Of a stretch of 60,000 nucleotides of DNA, positions 52,723 through 60,000 are shown in pieces (position 1 is the first letter of the stretch; each line of letters opens with the position of its first letter). The position numbers were made by a program, and so were the translations under genes. The notes beneath the pieces were generated by a model. It made no database searches and was not told the DNA's origin. It was given only the letters and a program-made list of their open reading frames with translations. The stretch lies in assembly GCF_963921235.1 (NCBI RefSeq), contig NC_086097.1, forward strand, positions 54,314,001 through 54,374,000. The letters run 5' to 3'. Origin of the DNA: Mobula hypostoma. Its lineage: Eukaryota.

Positions 52723-53066
52723 ACATAGAACATAGACATCTACAGCACATTACATGCCCTTCGGCCCACAATGTTGTGCCGACCATGTAACCGACTATAG
52801 AAACTGCCTAGAATTTCCCTAGCCTATAGCCCTCTATTTTACTAAGCTCCATGCACCTATCTAGGAGTCTCTTAAATGACCCTATTGTATCTGCCTCCAC
52901 CACCATCGTCAGCAGTGCACCACCACACTCTGTGTGAAAAACTTACCCCTGATATCCCCTCTCCATCTACTTCCAAGCACCTTAAAAATATGCCCCCTCG
53001 TGTTAGGCATTTCAGCCCTGGTAAAAGGCCTCTGACTATCCACATGATCAATGCCTCTCATTGTCT
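52723..53066 (-). mobile_element. CR1 3' end
   Basis: TRGHIFKV...RGKFFTQSVV with a (ttctatgt)n-type tail. Confidence 0.8.
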
Positions 53067-56000
53067 TAGAAAGATAATGTTTCTGGTCGGTGACCTTGCA
53101 TCTGAACTGAAAATCAAGTTTTAAATTGCAGAGAAGATCACAGAGTGGATGTTTATGACATGGCAGACACTGACACATTTTGCTGATGTGATCTGAGAGG
53201 GTGATGTACATTTATTAATGAAAATCTCTGTCTGGAGTAATGCAAGTAAAAAAAGATGAGTGAGCAGAAGGGAGAAATTAACAGTATTTGAATTAGAAAT
53301 CTGAAATAAAATAAAATGCTGGAAATACATCAAGGCAAGACTATAAAGGTAAAACAAACATCTGCAGCTATGACTGTGCTTCAGGTTACCTGTCACTTTA
53401 ATTCTCCTTCTCACTTGTACTCTTCGGCCCCCTGCACTGCGCTAGCAAAATCCAACGTTGGCTTGAGGACAGAACATCATCTTCTATCTGGCCTCACTGC
53501 AGTCCTGAAGTTCAACAATTTCAGACAACTTGTCTTCCCTGTTTGTGTCAGAACTAGCCAGTAATGCAAGGTCATCTAGGTGAAACATAATTCTGTGTTT
53601 CAGTTACCACAGATGCTGCTTAATATTTCCAGCACTCTGACAATTGGTATGATTTTCATTTCTAGTTCTCACATTTTTTCCCTCATTTATCTATTTTTAT
53701 TTGTTCAAACAGACCAGCTGTGATTAACACTGATTGCCCTGTCTTGGACTGCATCAGCAGGATATGTCACCTCCCAATCTTGGTATCACAAATACTCCCT
53801 TTGCTTCATTCATCTCTTTTCCCCCTCTGGACCTTAAAACACACTGTCTTTTCTCACTTTTCCAGTTCTAATGGAAGACCAAAGGGAAACATTTGCTTTT
53901 CAGAAACAGCAAATGTTGGTCGTTCAGCAGAGTAATATAACAGGGGAAAAGGCCCTTTGACTCTATTGATCCATGTTGACCATAGCATTCTCTCTGATAG
54001 TCCGAGTTCAGATCATGAACCACCAAGCCCCTTCCCCTCCATGTACCTGTCCAATGATGTGTGGAGGAATCACAAGGTAATTTCAGGTACAATACACATT
54101 TAAGGCAACTGTTATGGTATCTTTGGCAAGTAGTTAGAGTAGAAAGGTATTGCTGAGGGCCGTGAGACTGCATATTCAGTCTTAGTCACATTTTCTGGCT
54201 AAGAATATACTTGCTTTGAAGTTGGCACGGTGTATGCAGACCAGATTAATTCCTGGGGTGTAGACCCAACTGATGAAGAAATTGCATAAGTGGCCTACAA
54301 CCCAAGGGAGTTACCAGAATAAAGTAATAAATCACTGAAATAATACAGATTGTCCTTGATACAAGAGAGTTAACTGACAGACACCCAGCAGCCCAAGTGA
54401 TATAGTATATTCACCTGCACTGAGGATTTATTCAATTGAAAACTAGGAATAGGAGTAAATTAATCAATCAGTTTTACCATGGCAGATTCAAAATTAAATA
54501 ATTCTCTATTGCATGAATCGTTGTTTGGTGTGTAACTTCTAATAAAATACATCAATTACATGAATTCAAGTATAATATGTTGGAGAGTGCATGGAGTAAA
54601 ACAAAAACCTGTGCAAGAGACAATGAAGAAACATGCCAAAGGGCAAGAACATGCAGATGTATTCATTTGGAGGTTAGTATTTATTTTGACAGGAAGACTA
54701 TTTTTCTTTAATGTGAAGAATAATTGCATTCAGAGGCATCGGAATCTTTGCACATGAAGGAAGAAAATGTGGAGCAAAAAAATTAGAAAATTAAATATCA
54801 CATCACCCTTTGTGGTACACAAACTGGAAGAAGAGAGTGAAGAACAGTTACTCTGATTATCTAGGATTTTGGTTATAGTATCATAGGAACACTGAATTTC
54901 CTTACCCAAGAAAGGTTACAATTTGCCTAAGAAGATTGGAATGAATATATACAAGACTGATTCCTGAGATCAAGGACTATGCTATCAGGAAAGCTTGTGT
55001 AAACTAAGCCTACGTTCCCAAGAATTGAGAATAACACAAGGCAATTCCACTGAAGCACAAACATTCCTGGACATTAACAATGTTTCACATGAAGTTAGGC
55101 AAGTGTTCCATTTCAGGTTGGAATACCATGCTCTCAAAGGCTGTGGATGTTGTTATTTCAAAAATTACCATTGGTATTATGGATATCATATGATTGGCAT
55201 GCAAAAGTTTGGGCACCCCGGTCAAAACTTCTGTTACTGTGAATAGTTAAGTGAGTAGAAGATGAACTGATCTCCAAAAGTCATAAAGTTGAAGATGAAA
55301 CATTCTTTTCAACATTTAAAGCAAGATTAGTGTATTATTTTTGTTTTGACAATTTTAGAGTTTAAAAAAAAGGAAAAGAGCACCATGTAAAAGTTTGGGC
55401 ACCCTAAGAGATTTGAGCTCTCAGATAACTTTTACCAAGGTCTCAGACCTTAATTAGCTTGTTAGGGCTATGGCTTGTTCACAGTCACTGTTAGGAAAGG
55501 CCAGGTGATGCAAATTTCAAAGCTTCATAAATACCCTGACTCCTCAGACCTTGTCCCAACAATCAACAGCCATGGGCTCCTCTAAGCAGCTGCCTAGCAC
55601 TCTGAAAATTAAAATAAATGATGCCCACAAAGCAGAAGGCTATAGGATAGCAAAGCGTTTTCAGGTAGCTGTTTCCTCAGTTTGTAACGTAACTAAGAAA
55701 TGGCAGTAAACAGGAATGGTGGAGGTCAAGTTGAGGTCTGGAAGACCAAGAAAACTTCCCAAGAGAACTGTTCGTAGGATAGCTAGAAAGGCAAATCAAA
55801 ACCTCCGTTTGACTGCAAAAGACCTTCAGGAAGATTTAGCAGACTCTGGAGTGGTGGTGCACTGTTCTACTGTGCAGCAACATCTGCACAAATATGATCT
55901 TCATGGAAGAGTCATCAGAAGAAAACCTTTCCTGCATCCTCACCACAAAATTCAGCGTCAGAAGTTTTCAAAGGAACATCTAAACAGCTTGATGCATTTT

Positions 56001-56102
56001 GGAAACAAGTCCTGAGGACTGATGAAGTTAAAATAGAACTTTCTGGCCACAATGAGCAAAGGTATGTTTGGAGAAAAAAGGGTGCAGAATTTCATGAAAA
56101 GA

Positions 56103-56552
56103 ACAAAAGATAATAGGTGCAGGAGTAGGCCATTCGGCCCTTTCAGCCAGCACCGCCATTCACTGTGATCATGGCTGATCATCCACAATCAGTATCCAGT
56201 TTCTGCCTTATCCCCATAACCTTTGATTCCACTATCTTTAAGAGCTCTATCCATCTCTTTCTTGAAAGCATCCAGAGACTTGGCCTCCTCAGCCTTCTGG
56301 GGCAGAGCATTCCACACATCCACCACTCTCTGGGTGAAAAAGTTTTTCCTCAGCTCCGTTCTAAATGGCCTACCCCTTATTCTTAAACTGTGGCCTCTGG
56401 TTCTGAACTCACCCATCAGCCGGAACATGCTTCCTGCCTCCAGCGTGTCCAATCCCTTAATAATCTTCACACATCAAGGTTGCTGGTGAACGCAGCAGGC
56501 CAGGCAGCATCTCTAGGAAGAGGTACAGTCGACTTTTCAGGCCGCGACCCTG
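56103..56552 (-). mobile_element. CR1 3' end (~56103-56468) abutting a Penelope 3' fragment (~56469-56552)
   Basis: TRGHSLRIRGRPFRTELRKNFFTQRVV, followed on + by gcagcaggccaggcagcatct...cagtcgac. Confidence 0.85.
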
Positions 56553-57053
56553 AAGATGAAAAGAGGATGGCTTCGACAACAGGATAATAATCCTAAACAC
56601 ACCTCAAAATCCACAATGGACTACCTCAAAAGGCACAAGCTGAAGATTTTGCCATAGCCCTCACAGTCCCCCAACCTAAAAATCATCGAAAATCTGTGGA
56701 TAGACCTCAAAAGAGCAGTGCATGCAAGACGGCCCAAGAATCTCACAGAACTAGAAGCCTTTTGCAACGAAGAATGGGCAAAAATCCCCCAACCAAGAAT
56801 TGAAAGACTCTTAGCTGGCTATAGAAAGCGTTTACAAGCTGTGATACTTGCCAAAGGGGGTGTTACTAAGTACTGACCATGCAGGGTGCCCAAACCTTTG
56901 CTTCGGGCCCTTTTCCTTTTTTGCTATTTTTGAAACTGTAAAATATGAAAATAAAAAAGTAATCTTGCTTAAAATATTAAAGAAATGTGTCATCTTTAAC
57001 TTTATGCCTTTTAGAAATTAGGTCATCTTTTACTCGCTTAGCTATTCACAGTA

Positions 57054-58589
57054 CAGGTGTCCCCCACTTTTCGAACATTCGCTTTACGAAACCTCACTGT
57101 TACGAAAGACCTACATTAGTTCCCTGTTTTCGCTAACAAAAGGTGTTTTCACTGTTACGAAAAAAGGCAGCGTACAGAAAAAGCAGTGCATGCCCCAAGT
57201 AGCCGCTCTCCCCGGGAATGGCATTCTTGCCGGCATTGCTTCAACACGTGCCTGTGAGCAGCCATTTGCAAGATGAGTTCTAAGGTATTGGAAAAGCCTA
57301 AAAGAGCTCGAAAGGGTGTTACACTTGGTGTAAAACTAGACATAATTAAGCATTTTGATCATGGTGAACGAAGTAAGGACAACGTGTTTGGCTTGTGGAA
57401 GTTGACAAAGCTGATGTTGAAGAGGTTTTGGCATCCCATGACCAAGAACTGATTGATGAAGAGCTGATGCAATTGGAAGAGGAAAGGATAACAATCGAAA
57501 CCGAGTGAGTAATTAAAAGTACGACTTTAATTTTGAAAGGGTACATTGGTTTAGGGCATACTTGCAAGATGGTTTGAGTCCTTACAAAGAACTCTATGAT
57601 AGAAAAAGGCGCCAGGCTCAGCAGTCAAGCATACTGTCGCTTTTCAAGACTTCCACATCAGACGACGAACCTTGACCTTCAACAGCGAGGCAGGCAGACA
57701 TAGAAGATGACCTGCTTGCCCTGATGGAAACAGACGACACCCTAGTATCCCACCACCCCAACTCCCAGGCCGCGGACAGATACCAATTCGTGGAGAATGC
57801 AGCGGTAGCCGTGAGGCACACAGCACATCTTTAAGAAAAAAGCCGAAATATAAACTAATTAATTAGGTGCCGCCCAGCACGCAATTGTCGGCCCAGATCA
57901 GAAGTGACGCAATTGGTAATCGTCTCTGATCTGGGCCGACAATTACATGCCAGGCAGCATCTAATTAATTGGCATGTTTATTTTGGCTTTTTTCTTAAAG
58001 ATGTGCTGTGTGCCTCCCGGCTACCGCTGTACCCCTGCATGCTTCACGGATCGGTATCGGGTCGCTGCCCGAAGGGTGGGGGCCACTGCACCACCCCAAC
58101 CTGCGACGACTCAGCCTAACACACCATCATCAGTGTGCTCGATGTCTTCCCAATTCCCGTAAGTGATACTACACTGTACATACATTATTTCTACTTTATA
58201 TAGGCTGTGTATTCTTACATATTATTTGGTATGATTTGGCAGCTTCATTGCTTAAAGGTTACTGGAGAGCGCTTGCGCCGTGTTTTTGCCGATGGCGCTT
58301 GTGTGAGATTTTCACTTCGGAGAACAGTTCAGGCAATGATTGTGGAAAAGTATTTCTACTTTATATAGGCTACGTATTTATCATATCATTCCTGCTTTTA
58401 CTATATGTTACTGTTATTTTAGGTTTTATGTGTTATTTAGCATGATTTTGTAGGTTATTTTTTGGGTCTGCGAACGCTCACAAAATTTTCGCATATAAAT
58501 AAATGGTAATTGCTTCTTCGCTTTACGACATTCCGGCTTACGAACCGTTTCATAGGAACGCTCTACCTTCGGACGGCGGAGGAAACCTG
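57054..58589 (+). mobile_element. Internally deleted Tigger/pogo element inserted in the right TIR of the Tc1
   Basis: TA duplicated at 57052-53 and 58590-91; CAGGT...ACCTG termini. MSSKVLEKPKRARKGVTLGVKLDIIK from 57273 and acidic DVEEVLASHDQELIDEELMQLEEE. Confidence 0.88.
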
Positions 58590-59387
58590 TAACAGAAATT
58601 TTGACAGGCGTGCCCAAACTTTTACATGCCACTGTAAAGCTTATAAAGAAAAAAGTGGTTGAAGGGAAAAATAAAATCTGCCATAATTATATTAAATGAT
58701 GAAGCTGGCTCATAGACCCTTCCTCTTTCTTCTTATATAAACTAGATAAAAATATTCCATTTGTCAGAAGAGTGGATTAAAAGTGCATTGGCTCTGGCTT
58801 AGAAGGATATAAGAGAACAGAGAAAATTTATATTGTTGCTCCAGTATGGGTCATTGAAAAGTACAGTTCAGATACATTTCACTGACTATGTTTCTGAATT
58901 CTAGAAGTTGCGAAAACAATTTTTAAAAAGTTTGTTTTGTTCGTCAAGATAAACACTGGAATCACACATACAAATTAACAGCTTCGTATTTACAAAGTTT
59001 GAAACTGGTTTCATAAACTGTAGAACTCCACTCCAAATCCAAGTACCTTTCATAGAAGGGAGGACAAGAGATGAACACTGGGAAGCTGCTTTGTCTTAAA
59101 TACTAAATAATTATTACTTTACTTGCAATTAATTGCAAGTTATTTTATTAACCACAAAACATAAACCTTCAAAATTCAAAATATGAAAGCAATTTAACAT
59201 GGTCAAATTGTCTTAAACAAGTTAAACCAATAATGATAGTACGATAGTTTTAATTTGCAAATTTATGACCCTTTGCAAGCTCAAGCAGAATCAAGAGACA
59301 TTCCGATTCAACAGTGACTATAAAAGGTATTCACCCCCTTCGAAGTGTTCATATTAAGTTGGCCCTTTTTTTTGACACTGATCAACA

Positions 59388-59868
59388 CGCACGACACGCT
59401 GGAGGAACTCAGCAGGTCGGGCAGCATCAGTGGAAACAAACAGTCAACGTTTCGGGCCGAGACCCTTCGTCAGGACTGAAGAGGGAAGGGGCAGAGGCCC
59501 TATAAAGAAGGTGGGGGGAGGGTGGGAAGGAGGAGGCTGGTAGGTTCCAGGTGAAAAACCAGTAAAGGGAAAGGTCAAGGGGTGGGGGAGGGGAAGCAGG
59601 GAGGGGATAGGCAGGAAAGGTGAAGAAGGAATAAGGGAAAGCACAATGGGTAGTAGAAGGAGGCGGAACCATGAAGGAGGTGATAGGCAGCTGGAGGAGG
59701 GGGCAGAGTGAAACTGGGATGGGGGAAGGGAGGGAGAGGAAATTACCGGAAGTTGGAGAATTCAATGTTCATGCCAAAGGGCCGGAGACTACCCAGACGG
59801 TATATCAGGTGTTACTCCTCCAACCTGAGTTTGGCCTCATCATGGCAGTACAGGCCACGTATTTTGTG
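59388..59868 (-). mobile_element. 5'-truncated Penelope-like element flanked by a 19-bp direct repeat
   Basis: tttttgacactgatcaaca at 59369-59387 and 59869-59887; remnant of the GIY-YIG C-terminus. Confidence 0.9.
59441..59478 (-). ncRNA. Minimal type-I hammerhead ribozyme motif, core and helix I intact
   Basis: CAGUC-CUGACGA-a-GGG ucucgg CCC-GAAAC-GUU-GACUG. Confidence 0.78.
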
Positions 59869-60000
59869 TTTTTGACACTGATCAACAGAAAAAGACTTTT
59901 CTGTGTCAAAATGAAAACAGATCTCTACAAAGTGATCTAAATTAATTACAAATATAAATCACAAAATAATTGATTGCACAAATATTCATCTCCATTAACA

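Larger units (their letters stand above)
55191..58634 (+). mobile_element. IR/DR-type Tc1 transposon with nested CR1, Penelope and Tigger insertions
   Basis: TIR/DR catgcaaaagtttgggcaccc at 55198 and 55384, inverted at ~56884 and 58608-58634. Motifs SGRPRK, TDEVKIEL and SPNLKIIENLW. Confidence 0.92.

Noticed and set aside
48024..60000. Further GMFB exons (e.g. RFIVYSYKY...YPLCFIF)
   Set aside because: Not found by eye; they probably lie beyond the window.
1..60000. CRISPR arrays, operons or other prokaryotic systems
   Set aside because: Spliced vertebrate genes and retroelements explain the window; there is no repeat-spacer array.

Overview
Eukaryotic vertebrate genomic DNA, most likely a cartilaginous fish (inferred from an HE1-like V-SINE and the repeat set). 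It holds the CDKN3(+)/CNIH1(-)/GMFB(-) block also seen at human 14q22. Visible are the last three coding exons of CDKN3, all five coding exons of CNIH1 (144 aa) with its CpG-island promoter, and the last two exons plus the 3'UTR of GMFB. The rest is transposon-rich: a full-length decayed LINE-1 with a 17-bp TSD and three nested insertions, Penelope-like elements (PLEs), CR1, Rex/Babar and RTE fragments, two Tc1 elements, a Tigger element and a solo LTR. The most notable non-coding signal is about ten copies of a minimal type-I hammerhead ribozyme motif at PLE 3' ends. One copy has an intact core and lies in sense orientation in a presumed GMFB intron. The CNIH1 promoter also carries a near-perfect 110-bp tandem duplication. 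Exon and TSD coordinates were counted by hand; boundaries of old repeats are approximate.
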